NCBI GenBank assembly: GCA_051117335.1
Contig: JBNPEB010000044.1
Location: forward strand, 39,412-103,411
DNA: 64,000 nt
Source: Elainellaceae cyanobacterium
GTDB lineage: Bacteria; Cyanobacteriota; Cyanobacteriia; CAZCXK01
Reading direction: 5' to 3'
Shown: piece after piece, positions 31,960 to 42,781 of the stretch
Layout of the letters: each line of letters opens with the position of its first letter
Position numbering within the stretch: position 1 is the stretch's first letter
The notes under the pieces: generated by a model
What the model was told of the DNA's origin: nothing
Database searches by the model: none
What the model saw: only the letters and a program-made list of their open reading frames with translations
Translations under genes and position numbers: made by a program

Positions 31960-32739
31960 ATGGAGTTGCAAAACAAGGGATTGGTCCCGGCGAAGCCATC
32001 GAAACCGCCTAATAACTTTTCTGATCAATCACTGGGGTTAGTGTCCACTCGAAGCTTTCCTGCGATTGTGGGCACCGCTGACATGATGTTGAAATCAGCG
32101 GGTGTTCATCTAGTGGGCTATGAAAAAATTGGGAGCGGCTACTGTACGGCTGTCATCCGAGGACGGCTGGCAGATGTTCGCATTGCTGTTGAAGTTGGAT
32201 CGGATACCGCTCAACAATTCGGGCAATTCGTCTCAAAAGCAATTCTGCCACGCCCTCTCCCCAACCTAGATGCGGTATTGCCCATCGGAAGTCTGCTCGC
32301 TAAAATCGCGGAAGATCGGGAGTATAGTCGCCTCAGCAATCAAGCCGTTGGGCTTTTAGAAACCCGTGGATTCCCGGCAATGGTGGGAGCAGCAGACGCC
32401 ATGCTCAAATCTGCCGAGGTGCAGCTTGCGTCCTATGAAATGATCGGTTCGGGACTCTGTACTGCAATCATTCGGGGACGAGTCGCGGATGTCACAGTGG
32501 CCATTGAAGCAGGGATGCATGAAGCGGAACGCATCGGTGAGCTTCATGCAGTGATGATAATTCCAAGACCATTGGAAGACTTAGAACAGACTCTGCCCGT
32601 TGCTAGTTGTTGGATTGATAAACCGAAACCTTTGTCCCTTCCTTTAGATTTGAAGCAACCTCAGAAAGAACTAGTCGGACTGCCCGACTTTCAAGAGGTA
32701 AGCGAGTCATCCCCCTCGACGGAGTCTTTAGAGCCTTAA
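31960..32739 (+). CDS. ccmO: Carboxysome shell protein CcmO (tandem BMC domains)
   Basis: Two BMC domains ([36 protein letters not shown]… and VGLLETRGFPAMVGAADAMLKSAEVQLASYEMIGSG…). Confidence 0.9.
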   Translation: MELQNKGLVPAKPSKPPNNFSDQSLGLVSTRSFPAIVGTADMMLKSAGVHLVGYEKIGSGYCTAVIRGRLADVRIAVEVGSDTAQQFGQFVSKAILPRPLPNLDAVLPIGSLLAKIAEDREYSRLSNQAVGLLETRGFPAMVGAADAMLKSAEVQLASYEMIGSGLCTAIIRGRVADVTVAIEAGMHEAERIGELHAVMIIPRPLEDLEQTLPVASCWIDKPKPLSLPLDLKQPQKELVGLPDFQEVSESSPSTESLEP

Positions 32740-32921
32740 TCGCCACTCATAACCCTGATGCAGATGTCTGCAAAGGGCGCGGCACGTTCGCCCAATGGAA
32801 TATAGGGAAATAGCTGAATAAACACTCTATGTAATGCGTTTGGTAGAGTTATTGAGCCGACAGTGGTTTTATGCCATGCCCTTTGTTGCCAGGTTAATAA
32901 TTGGAAGGCGACCCTAACCCA

Positions 32922-34757
32922 TCAAAGAATCGGAGCCTCCACTTTCTCCGTCGAGAAAGGGGAGGATGGTAGAGTCATCCCCTTTTGAAGCTTTTTTAGC
33001 GTTCGTTGACGCCCATTGATGGCTGCCTGAAAATCAGGCTTGATCTGAATCGCCTTGTCATAGGAGATCATCGCGTCTTCATATTGATGGAGCGTTTCCA
33101 AAACCCGTCCTCGATCGTGCCATGCCCAAGAGTTTTGCGGTTGAATCTCAGCGGCTTTCTCATACGACTGAATCGCTTCTTCGTATCGGCCTAATTTTTC
33201 AAGTACAGCGCCTCGCTTAAACCAAGCAAGATGATCGTCAGGTTGGAGGTTGACGACTTTTTCGTAGGACTCAACTGCGTCTCGATATTGGTTTGAGTTT
33301 TCGAGCGCCATACCTCGCATTAGCCATGCAAGCGCATCATCCGGCTTGTCACTAATGGCCTTGTCGCACGAGGCGATCGCCTCCTCATAGTGCTGAAGAT
33401 GATAAAGCTGATCGACTCGCTTAAGCTGCCTAAGCACGCGCTTGCGGCTCTCAACTGCAAGCTGAAAATCGGGCTTGAGCTGAACGGCTCGATTATAGGC
33501 AGTTACAGCCTCTTCATAGCGACTTAAGCCTTCTAGCACTTGTCCACGGTCGTGCCATGCCCAGTAGTTATCAGGCTGCAGCTCAATCACCTGATCGTAC
33601 GACGCGATCGCTTGATCATAATGCTGAATCTGTTCGAGTGCTTTACCTCGCTTAAACCACGCTAAATAATCGTGCGGTTGAATTTCAAGCACTTTATCAA
33701 ACGAGCTCACTGCTTCCTGATATTGCTGACAATTTTCTAAGGCAATGCCCCGCTTGAACCAAATCATGTAATCATTTGGGACGATTTGTAATACTTTTTC
33801 GTAACAGGCAACGGCTTCTGGATACCGCTGTTGCTGAAACAGCTCATCGGCTCGTTCACACCAAATCAAATGTCCATCCGAGTCTGATGATTTCGCAATC
33901 GGCAAGATAATCGTGGTATGGTTTGGCGCTCCTGCCAGACTATTTAGCGCGGATAGCGCCTCCGTGGCAGATTGATAGCGCTGGCGAAAATCGTAGCGAG
34001 TCATCGAGTCGATGATTGCGCTGAGGTCGTCACTCACGTCGGCTTGATCGCGCCAGATGAGTTCACCCGTTCTCACGTCTTCTCGCAACTGCGCCGGATA
34101 GCAACCCGTCAGCGCTTGAATGCCGATCATCCCAACCGCATAAATATCGCTGCTGTATCGAGGTTTGCCCGCCAATTGCTCGTTAGGCATATATCCGGTT
34201 GAACCGATGGCGATCGTAATGCTGGTTTCACCTTGATTCCCGGTTGCTTCGATGCCAATCTGCTTGACAATGCCAAAGTCAATCAGAACAATCCGCTGGT
34301 CTCGCTTTCGGCGAATTAGATTGGATGGCTTAATATCTCGATGGATAACCTGCTGTTCATGAACGAAAGCGAGCGTTTTGAGGATGTCTTGCAGGAGGGC
34401 AACTACTTGAGATTCGCTAAATTGAACCTTTGGTCTCAACTCCTGGCTCAAGATATCGCCTTCGATAAATTCCTGAACTAAGTAAAATTCCTGATTTTCT
34501 TCAAAGTGAGCAAATAATTGAGGAATCTGATCGTGACTTCCGAGGGTATAAAGAACATTGGCCTCCTGATCAAAAAATCGTCTTGCGGTTTGCAACGCTC
34601 TCGGATCGTCAAGCTTAGGTTTTAGCTGCTTGACGACACAATGGGGACTTCCAGGCAGGTGCAAATCTTCAGATAAGTAGGTTTGACCAAATCCTCCTCC
34701 ACCCAAATAGCGGATGATTTGGTAGCGCCCACCAAGTGTTGTTCCCAACATAAGCAA
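32922..34757 (-). CDS. Ser/Thr protein kinase with C-terminal TPR repeats
   Basis: Hanks kinase motifs (GGGGFGQTY, VVKQL, HRDIKPSNL, DFG), followed by about 8 TPR units (AW..RG..LE..YEEA…Y.KA…P). Confidence 0.85.
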   Translation of the reverse strand: MLMLGTTLGGRYQIIRYLGGGGFGQTYLSEDLHLPGSPHCVVKQLKPKLDDPRALQTARRFFDQEANVLYTLGSHDQIPQLFAHFEENQEFYLVQEFIEGDILSQELRPKVQFSESQVVALLQDILKTLAFVHEQQVIHRDIKPSNLIRRKRDQRIVLIDFGIVKQIGIEATGNQGETSITIAIGSTGYMPNEQLAGKPRYSSDIYAVGMIGIQALTGCYPAQLREDVRTGELIWRDQADVSDDLSAIIDSMTRYDFRQRYQSATEALSALNSLAGAPNHTTIILPIAKSSDSDGHLIWCERADELFQQQRYPEAVACYEKVLQIVPNDYMIWFKRGIALENCQQYQEAVSSFDKVLEIQPHDYLAWFKRGKALEQIQHYDQAIASYDQVIELQPDNYWAWHDRGQVLEGLSRYEEAVTAYNRAVQLKPDFQLAVESRKRVLRQLKRVDQLYHLQHYEEAIASCDKAISDKPDDALAWLMRGMALENSNQYRDAVESYEKVVNLQPDDHLAWFKRGAVLEKLGRYEEAIQSYEKAAEIQPQNSWAWHDRGRVLETLHQYEDAMISYDKAIQIKPDFQAAINGRQRTLKKLQKGMTLPSSPFSTEKVEAPIL

Positions 34758-35719
34758 TACATGTGCAGAGATTAGCTCTAAATGCTCCCAAGAAAGTCAC
34801 TAAACTTTTGGGGTTAATACTCTCATATAGTTTACGAAACCTGATTTCACAACTCCTTCGGCAAATTCACTGCAAGTTACTTAATTCGACTCAACTAACA
34901 ATTCAAGTCAGGAGAAGTGTGGAAAGTATGCACCGCTAAATCGTCAGCCAGACTCATATTTAGCCGATCAGAAAAGGTATCTCCAAGGAAAGAAGTTCAA
35001 TTTTCCCTTCGCAAGCTGGTCTGGCTGATGGATTCACGTCGCATCAGCATTGGCTCGATACGTTACAGACGGTTGAATGCGTTGGACAGACCAATCCCGA
35101 TACGGAGAAAATACTGAGGCTCGTGCTGGATCTTGAACTACGCTGACGTAATTCCGTTGATGTAATTCCTAGTATTCCTCAGGTTCCGCCTGGAATGCTG
35201 CCGATTTTGGTCAAGATTGGATGAACTTTCTCAGATGAAATTTGATCATTCTGTAATTCCATCGATAAATCTGACACTCCAAAACTGGCAATTTTGATTG
35301 AGTACTAGACAAATTTTCAAAGGTCTAAATGGCTTTGCGAAGTCGTTTCAGCATGAAATTTGAGGAATTAAAATGCTGAAATCTATCAAAAAATTTTGGC
35401 AAGGCTATCTCTTAAAACCTGTATTGAAAGAATAAAAAAGGATCTCATTTTGAAGTTTTTGACCATCATTTAGACGTTAATGACTCATCTCTAAATGAAG
35501 CAATTGATTCCATAACGTTCCTAGATAAAGGCGATCGCGATATATCGTTTGGCATGAGAAATTAGTCTAAGAGGCTGTTTTAAAGGGGGCTGGCGGTTAT
35601 GGACGCTTGCGGCTTCTCGCAGAGTAAACCGTGACCAAACCAAACAAAGTGCGCGATCGCGGACTCCCACAGGCTCCAGCAAAACCTTTGGTTTTGAAAC
35701 CTGCGTTTCGCAAGCGACA

Positions 35720-35816
35720 TGTATAGCCCTACGGGCTTAGGTTTGTGTGATGAGCCCCCGCGGCGCGGGGACTCATCACACGTTCAACGTTCTAACGCGA
35801 GGGCGTACGGCTATAG
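35720..35816. repeat. Copy 2 of the ~95 bp palindromic repeat element
   Basis: gtatagccctacgggcttaggtttgtgtgatgagcccccgcggcgcggggactcatcacacgttcaacgttctaacgcgagggcgtacggctata. Same architecture as 6982..7076. Confidence 0.55.
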
Positions 35817-36138
35817 AACCTATCCAAGAACCCCTGATGGGGTTTTGGATTCCAAAAACTCTAACGAATTTTAGGATAGGCACTTAGGCCAATCCTAAAT
35901 AGCCGCCAAATAGCCGCCACATGTTTTGCTCTTCGAACAAATTTTTCTAGCGCCTTTGATATAGTTTGATGCTGGATTGTCAACACCTGCTAAATTGCCT
36001 TAAGTCAAGTAGCCGTTTTTGAAGTAAGCGTACTCATTTCACGAGATTTTAAGCGAGATGCCGCTCGGTTTAAGCAGAGGAGGTTGTTATACTTAGAATC
36101 ACTGAGATGATGGTTTTTGGAAACACGTTGTTTAGAGC

Positions 36139-38808
36139 ATGCAACCAACTGACCCTAGCAAGTTTACTGACAAGGCTTGGGAGTCTATTGTCAACTCCCA
36201 AGATGTGGCTCGTCGCTTCAGACATCAGCAGCTAGAGGTCGAACATTTGGCGATCGCCCTGTTGGAGCAGGAAGGGCTTGCCAACACCATTTTAGACAAG
36301 GCAGGGGTTTCCCAATCTCGCCTCAAGCAGCAGCTAGAAACGTTTGCTCAGCGTCAGCCTAAAGTTTCTGACAGCGACCAGCTTTATCTGGGTCGCGGCT
36401 TAGACATCATGCTCGATCGGGCAGAAACTGCTCGGCAGTCTTGGCAAGACAGCTATATTTCAATCGAGCATTTGCTGATAGCATTTGCAGATGATGAGCG
36501 GGCAGGGCGGCGCATCTGCCGAGTGGTCGATTTGGATAAGGTTCAGCTTGAGCTTGCGATCAAGGCAGTTCGTGGGAGCCAGAAAGTAACCGATCAAAGC
36601 CCCGAATCGCGCTACGATGCACTCGATAAATATGGTCGAGATCTAACCGAACAAGCCAGAGTTGGCAAGCTAGATCCGGTGATTGGGCGAGATGAAGAGA
36701 TTCGTCGGGTGATTCAAGTGTTGTCACGGCGCACCAAAAACAATCCGGTATTGATTGGCGAACCTGGGGTTGGCAAAACCGCGATCGCTGAAGGATTAGC
36801 TCAACGAATTATCAATGGCGATGTCCCCGAATCTTTAAAAAATCGCCGCCTCATTTCCCTTGATATGGGTTCGTTGATCGCAGGCGCAAAGTATCGGGGT
36901 GAATTTGAAGATCGCCTCCGGTCAGTATTAAAAGAAGTAACCGAATCAGACGGGCAGATCGTCTTATTCATTGACGAACTGCATACGGTCGTCGGGGCGG
37001 GTGCCGGTCAAGGCAATATGGACGCAAGCAATTTGCTCAAACCCATGCTTGCTCGTGGAGAGTTGCGCTGCATCGGGGCTACAACGCTAGACGAATATCG
37101 AAAACACATCGAAAAAGATGCGGCGCTAGAGCGTCGATTTCAACAAGTCTATGTGGGGCAGCCCAGCGTCGATGATACGATTTCGATTTTGCGTGGGCTT
37201 AAAGATCGCTATCAAACCCATCACAATGTCACTATCACAGACAGTGCGCTCGTCGCCGCTGCAACCTTGTCTGATCGCTACATCAGCGATCGCTTTTTGC
37301 CAGACAAGGCGATCGACCTAGTTGATGAGGCGGCTGCCAAGCTCAAGATGGAGAATACCTCAAAGCCAGAAGAGCTTGAAACCGTCGAACGTCGCTTAAT
37401 GCAGCTTGAGATGGAAAAGCGATCGCTCGAAGCTGAAGGATATAGTGCAGGCTTGACAACCACCTATCGTTCCCCTCAAGAAAATCTTGAGCGCATCGAA
37501 AAAGAAGTCGTGCAGCTTAGGACAGAGCGCGATCGCCTCAACTCGCAATGGGAATCTGAAAAGCAAATGCGAGACACGATCAAAGAGCTGCGGGAAGAAG
37601 AAGAAAAACTTCAGCGACTCATCGAAAAAGCAGAGCGCGATTATGACCTGAATACGGCTGCTCAGCTTAAGTATGGTCGTCTCGAAGCCGTTCATCGAGA
37701 ATTAGAAGCCAAAGAAGCTAGCCTGGTTGATGTGCAGTCAAGAGGAGCAGCCCTGCTACGTCAGCAGGTGACTGAAGCCGACATTGCCGAGATCGTTGCT
37801 AAATGGACAGGCATCCCAGTCAATCGTCTGCTAGAGTCCGAACGACAAAAGCTCTTGCAGCTTGAAAGCTATTTGCATCAGCGCGTCATTGGTCAGGAAG
37901 AACCTGTAGAGGCAGTTGCAGCGGCGATTCGTCGTGCCCGAGCAGGCATGAAAGACCCAGGTCGTCCCATCGGCTCGTTTTTGTTCATGGGGCCTACGGG
38001 GGTTGGCAAAACTGAACTGGCCCGAACCCTTGCCGAATGCCTGTTTGACACCGACGAAGCCCTCGTGCGAATCGACATGTCGGAATACATGGAGAAGCAT
38101 TCGGTTTCGCGGCTTGTGGGTGCGCCTCCCGGCTATGTTGGCTATGAAGAAGGCGGGCAGCTATCTGAAACGATTCGTCGTCGCCCGTATTCAGTGCTTC
38201 TGTTAGATGAAGTCGAAAAGGCACACCCTGATGTCTTTAACATTTTGCTACAGGTTCTTGATGATGGGCGAGTGACTGACTCTCAAGGACGAGTGGTCGA
38301 TTTCTGCAACACCATCGTGGTGATGACCAGTAACATCGGCAGCGACCACATTTTGGATGTGGCAGGTGATGATTCTAAATATGAAGAGATGCGAACGCGG
38401 GTGCTCGGTGCGCTGCGATCGCACTTTCGCCCAGAATTTCTCAACCGAGTCGATGATATTATCTTGTTCCACCCGCTCAGCCTCAATGAACTCCGGCAAA
38501 TCGTGGGCATTCAGCTCCAGCGCATTCACCGCTTGCTGAGCGACCAAAAGCTGTTTATGGAAATCACTCAGTCTGCAAAGAATCGCATTGCCGAAGTAGG
38601 CTATGACCCCGTCTATGGAGCCCGTCCGCTCAAGCGAGCCATTCAGCGCGAACTAGAAAACCCGCTTGCCACGAAAATTTTGGAAAACGCGTTTGCTGAA
38701 GGAGATACGATTTTAGTCGATGTCCAAGATGGAAAGCTGTCATTTAACAGGAAGCAGCCGCGCGTCAATTCGGAGCCCGTTATTGTTTCATTAGGAACAG
38801 ATGCTTGA
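36139..38808 (+). CDS. clpB: ATP-dependent chaperone ClpB
   Basis: 889 aa. Two AAA+ modules ([10 protein letters not shown] and [11 protein letters not shown]), a coiled-coil M-domain, and the Clp N-domain. Confidence 0.97.
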   Translation: MQPTDPSKFTDKAWESIVNSQDVARRFRHQQLEVEHLAIALLEQEGLANTILDKAGVSQSRLKQQLETFAQRQPKVSDSDQLYLGRGLDIMLDRAETARQSWQDSYISIEHLLIAFADDERAGRRICRVVDLDKVQLELAIKAVRGSQKVTDQSPESRYDALDKYGRDLTEQARVGKLDPVIGRDEEIRRVIQVLSRRTKNNPVLIGEPGVGKTAIAEGLAQRIINGDVPESLKNRRLISLDMGSLIAGAKYRGEFEDRLRSVLKEVTESDGQIVLFIDELHTVVGAGAGQGNMDASNLLKPMLARGELRCIGATTLDEYRKHIEKDAALERRFQQVYVGQPSVDDTISILRGLKDRYQTHHNVTITDSALVAAATLSDRYISDRFLPDKAIDLVDEAAAKLKMENTSKPEELETVERRLMQLEMEKRSLEAEGYSAGLTTTYRSPQENLERIEKEVVQLRTERDRLNSQWESEKQMRDTIKELREEEEKLQRLIEKAERDYDLNTAAQLKYGRLEAVHRELEAKEASLVDVQSRGAALLRQQVTEADIAEIVAKWTGIPVNRLLESERQKLLQLESYLHQRVIGQEEPVEAVAAAIRRARAGMKDPGRPIGSFLFMGPTGVGKTELARTLAECLFDTDEALVRIDMSEYMEKHSVSRLVGAPPGYVGYEEGGQLSETIRRRPYSVLLLDEVEKAHPDVFNILLQVLDDGRVTDSQGRVVDFCNTIVVMTSNIGSDHILDVAGDDSKYEEMRTRVLGALRSHFRPEFLNRVDDIILFHPLSLNELRQIVGIQLQRIHRLLSDQKLFMEITQSAKNRIAEVGYDPVYGARPLKRAIQRELENPLATKILENAFAEGDTILVDVQDGKLSFNRKQPRVNSEPVIVSLGTDA

Positions 38809-38835
38809 TGAGTGAGGTTGCTGGATGGGCGCTGC

Positions 38836-39624
38836 TCAAAACTCAAGGGCGGGCCAATCGGGTTCTCGATAATAATGAGTCATATCTTCAAATTTTCGGA
38901 GTTCTGCCCGGTGGATCACAAGCTCTTGGGGTGAATCAATCGACAGCCACTGCTCGTTCAGTTGATTTAGCGTCGAAATCAGATCGAGCGGATCAGACAC
39001 CACCGACACATCTGTAAAATACCCCAACGTGATGTGGCCTGTGAAATGGTATTGCTGCTCAACCCCTAATGCAATGATGTCTGGATTTTGGTAAATCGAA
39101 CGGCGCAATTTGACAATCTGCTCATGGGATTGCTCATTACGCGGAGCCAAGCACACGGCGATCGCCCGAGTCATGACAATGAGCCCCAAGACCTGCCAAC
39201 AAATGGGCGGCTCACCTTTGAGCGACGCTCGGCAGTGTTGAAAGCTTTGGGCGATGCGATCGCGCAGTTGGTGATCAAAATCGGTCTGCTCTGCTGCGAG
39301 GCGATAGCCGCTATCCCAGATGAGATCAGCGAGCGTCATGTGAAAACTTTCGGGAGGCACCAATGTCGCCAACCCTGGCGTTAACGCCTTGCCAACGCGG
39401 TGTTGAAAGTCGCGCAGGGTTTCATACAAGTCCGTATTTTTAGAATCATCGCTCCACGGGGGCGTAATCACCGAATAGCCCGGAAACGGAATTGGTTCAA
39501 CATCACCGTCCGGTTGCTGCTGAAACTTGGGCGACGCTTGAATATATTGCACCTGAGACTGATATGCCTCTGGCAACGTCATTCGCGCAACCCGATTAAC
39601 ATAGACCTGATAAATGTCGTCCAC
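38836..39624 (-). CDS. Hypothetical protein with two H-x-T-x motifs (2H phosphoesterase-like; possibly DUF1868-type)
   Basis: FHMTLADL and GHITLGYF are spaced about 100 aa apart. This is the hallmark of the 2H (LigT-like) phosphoesterase fold. Confidence 0.5.
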   Translation of the reverse strand: MDDIYQVYVNRVARMTLPEAYQSQVQYIQASPKFQQQPDGDVEPIPFPGYSVITPPWSDDSKNTDLYETLRDFQHRVGKALTPGLATLVPPESFHMTLADLIWDSGYRLAAEQTDFDHQLRDRIAQSFQHCRASLKGEPPICWQVLGLIVMTRAIAVCLAPRNEQSHEQIVKLRRSIYQNPDIIALGVEQQYHFTGHITLGYFTDVSVVSDPLDLISTLNQLNEQWLSIDSPQELVIHRAELRKFEDMTHYYREPDWPALEF

Positions 39625-39907
39625 GCTCGTTTGCCTCGCTAGTCTAAACGGTAAAGAGTCGTACCCATTTCCGTCGTTTTCCTAATCTATCTAGAATTAT
39701 TGGAAACGTCAGATCATTGCACATCAGAACCTAGCACATCAGAACCTATCATTTTCTGTGAGTTGCGTCGTTACATCACCCATTAAAATAAATGAACTCG
39801 CTAGATTTTAGTGTTCATTAATATCTATAGCGATCCCAAATCGCTTGTGACTTGTATGTGAGCGGTGGGGCGATCGCCGCCGCCCACAACCCATCTGAGA
39901 TTGCCAT

Positions 39908-40912
39908 ATGCCGATTTACCTATATTGGGGAGATGATGACTTTACAATTGAGCGATCTGTTAATGCACTGCGCGATCGCACGTTAGACCCACAATGGGCA
40001 AGTTTTAATTACCACAAAATTTCTCCTGAAAGTGCCGATCCAGTCATTGAGGCATTAAATCAGGCCATGACTCCCCCGTTTGGCGCGGGCGATCGCTTCG
40101 TTTGGCTTCCTAACACCAATCTAGGACAAAAATGCCCAGACACGCTTTTGTCTGAACTTGAGCGCACCTTACCCGCGATTCCCGACACCTGTGTTTTGCT
40201 GATCACCATGAGCCAAAAACCGGATGGTCGGCTCAAATCGACGAAATTACTGCAAAAATGCGCTGAAATTCGAGAATTTCCGGTTATCCCCCCTTGGAAG
40301 ACTGACCAACTCATCAAAGCGGTTCATCGAGCCGCCGCCGATGTCGGCGTTAAACTCACGCCAGAGGCTGCTCACTGTTTAGCAGATGCAGTCGGTAATA
40401 ATACTCGACAACTGTTTAATGAACTCGAAAAATTAAAGCTTTATGCGGGGTCGCCTCAATCGGTTGTCGAAGCAGAAACAGTTGCTAAACTAGTGACTAC
40501 ATCTACCCAAAGCAGTCTGCAACTTGCGACCGCTATCCGTCAGGGGGATGCTGCCAGTGCTTTAGCGCTAATTTCTGACTTATTTAGTCAGAACGAACCT
40601 GTCCTCAGAATTGTGACCACTGTGATTAACCAATTCCGCACATGGCTATGGGTCAAGGTCATGATAGAGTCTGGAGAGCGCGATATTCAGGCGATCGCCC
40701 GCGCCTCGGAAGTCGGCAATCCTAAACGAGTCTATTTTTTGCAACGAGATGTCGAACCCCTTTCTCTAGATTCATTAAGGCACACGCTTCCTCTATTGCT
40801 TGAGCTAGAGGTTGACCTTAAACGCGGTGCTGACGCAATGTCGACTATGCAGACACGAATCATTCAACTGTGCCAACTCTACCAATCTTCACAACCCAGT
40901 CGAAGACGGTAG
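39908..40912 (+). CDS. holA: DNA polymerase III delta subunit
   Basis: 334 aa. N-terminus (IYLYWGDDDF) and overall HolA clamp-loader delta architecture. Confidence 0.75.
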   Translation: MPIYLYWGDDDFTIERSVNALRDRTLDPQWASFNYHKISPESADPVIEALNQAMTPPFGAGDRFVWLPNTNLGQKCPDTLLSELERTLPAIPDTCVLLITMSQKPDGRLKSTKLLQKCAEIREFPVIPPWKTDQLIKAVHRAAADVGVKLTPEAAHCLADAVGNNTRQLFNELEKLKLYAGSPQSVVEAETVAKLVTTSTQSSLQLATAIRQGDAASALALISDLFSQNEPVLRIVTTVINQFRTWLWVKVMIESGERDIQAIARASEVGNPKRVYFLQRDVEPLSLDSLRHTLPLLLELEVDLKRGADAMSTMQTRIIQLCQLYQSSQPSRRR

Positions 40913-40990
40913 AAACATCGGAACTTCTGACTCAAAAAATAATTCACATAATAAATCGAAGCGATTTTCTGCTTGCCCTTTTAGCCAATC

Positions 40991-41539
40991 GTGTGTTCTA
41001 TGGTCACATCGTCGTATCATCTGTCTCGAGTTAATATGAAACGTTTACTTTCTCGGACCGTACTCGTGTCATTGATTTTGACGGGGGGAGTACTTTTTGA
41101 AGGCATTCCCCGTCTAGGGCTGAAGTCATCTGCTCCCCAATTGAGTGGTGCTGCCTACGCACAGCAAACCATCTCTAATGAACAGGTGCGTAACTATGCC
41201 CGCTCAGTACAAGAAATTGAAGAGATTCGGCGGATTGCCTATGCCCAGATTCGGAACCTGTCTGACTCCGGACAAGTGCCGCCTGTCGCATGTCATGAGT
41301 CTGATACTATGCGAAATCTCAACCAAAGTATTCGAGATATCGTCGTTGATTACTGCACGCAATCGATTCGCATTGTCGAACGAAATAATCTAACCATCAC
41401 TCAGTTCAATACCATTACTGCAACGCAACAGTCAGATTCGGGCTTGGCATCTCGCATTCAGGATGAATTGAGACGGCTGCAATCGGAGTCCCAAGATGCC
41501 GAACCTCAGCAAGATTCAACTCCGTCGCCATCCCCCTAA
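40991..41539 (+). CDS. Secreted hypothetical protein (DUF4168-like)
   Basis: Signal peptide (MKRLLSRTVLVSLILTGG). The motif ISNEQVRNYARSVQEIEEIRR matches my memory of the DUF4168 family. Confidence 0.45.
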   Translation: MCSMVTSSYHLSRVNMKRLLSRTVLVSLILTGGVLFEGIPRLGLKSSAPQLSGAAYAQQTISNEQVRNYARSVQEIEEIRRIAYAQIRNLSDSGQVPPVACHESDTMRNLNQSIRDIVVDYCTQSIRIVERNNLTITQFNTITATQQSDSGLASRIQDELRRLQSESQDAEPQQDSTPSPSP

Positions 41540-41654
41540 CCACCGATCAGCCTTAGCCTAGTTCTTAGGAACATGGGAGAATATACCGTAAGAGAACAGA
41601 CTCAGTTTGGTGCGTCTGCTCTCCCATTTTCCGGTACACGAGACGACTAGAATC

Positions 41655-41915
41655 ATGGCTCGACTTGACCCTTTTACCCTGCAAATGCAAATCACCCGTA
41701 TGTTTGAGCAGGGGCAATCTTTTTTTGCAACCACAAAGGTACAAGATTGGCTCAAAGAGCGACACTGTGATCCTCAAGATTACGACATTACGTTTCATCA
41801 ACGGCCTGCGCCGCCAGGGTCTGACTTGGTTATGGTGATTGAGATTGAGCTTTCTAGAAAAGATGGTCAGCCTGTTGATCCGTGGTTGCAGAGTGAGGTA
41901 AATCGCCACACATAA
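41655..41915 (+). CDS. Small hypothetical protein
   Basis: An 86-aa ORF starting at MARLDPF. No recognised domain. Confidence 0.3.
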   Translation: MARLDPFTLQMQITRMFEQGQSFFATTKVQDWLKERHCDPQDYDITFHQRPAPPGSDLVMVIEIELSRKDGQPVDPWLQSEVNRHT

Positions 41916-42068
41916 ACCACACATAAATGAGAAAATGAGTTACGGGCGATCGCCAATTAATATTTCTTAAACATTTGACAGAAATCTTGGCAGAATAGGG
42001 ACAGGGTGGCTAATGTCTTCGTCACTCACTGTTTTTGGCTCATTACGTCTATTTGACTCACTATTCTT

Positions 42069-42614
42069 ATGCAGGTGTCTGTCCTTTCTTCAACTTTTTT
42101 CCTGACGTTGCTGCTAGCCGTCGGGCTGTTTTTCTTTATTCGAGCCTCTGCCAAAGACCGCACCCAAGTCGCTAAACTCATCGCCGATCAGCAACGCGAT
42201 ACGCTTCTAGAGCAGCTTCAACGCTATTTTGCTCAACGCTCGTATCGAATCGCGTCCGTTGACTCGTCCGAAAACCGAGTCACCTTCGAAGGATTTGTGC
42301 GTCCCAGCGTGTTTTTGGCAATCTTTCTGAGCGTATTAGCCGGAATTGGTATTTTGTGTTTGGTGCTGGTGCTGGCGCAGCTTTTTCCCGACTGGGCACC
42401 CATATTTTCTGGACTTTTGGTGCTGTCACCCCTGGCAGGCATATTTTATTGGCGGAGAGCAGGGCGCCCAGAGCAAGTCTTTTTGAGCATTGAGGCAGTC
42501 GAAGACGAAAACCAAATCAACCATAGCTTGGTGACGGTGACGGCTCATCGAGACGAACTAATCGAATTACGGCGATCGCTCCCTCTAAAAGCCGTCGAAG
42601 ATGTCGATGAATAA
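42069..42614 (+). CDS. Hypothetical membrane protein (about three TM helices)
   Basis: Hydrophobic N-terminal helix and a central pair of helices. Family not recognised. Confidence 0.45.
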   Translation: MQVSVLSSTFFLTLLLAVGLFFFIRASAKDRTQVAKLIADQQRDTLLEQLQRYFAQRSYRIASVDSSENRVTFEGFVRPSVFLAIFLSVLAGIGILCLVLVLAQLFPDWAPIFSGLLVLSPLAGIFYWRRAGRPEQVFLSIEAVEDENQINHSLVTVTAHRDELIELRRSLPLKAVEDVDE

Positions 42615-42781
42615 CTCTGGTGTTGTCGATGCATGACCGGGCTATACTAAGTGCCATACAGCGCTGAATACTGATAGGCTGTGTCCACTCCTAAAATGGT
42701 GATTCTCCGTCAGGAAAGGCGCCAAGCTTTGAGCGGGTCATGGTTTAGATTTTTCTGCAACGTATTCAGTCAGGGGCACCT

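Noticed and set aside
32952-32990. Hairpin (gaaagggga…tcccctttt) that looked like a terminator for ccmO or the STPK
   Set aside because: It lies inside the last codons of the minus-strand STPK ORF, not in intergenic DNA.
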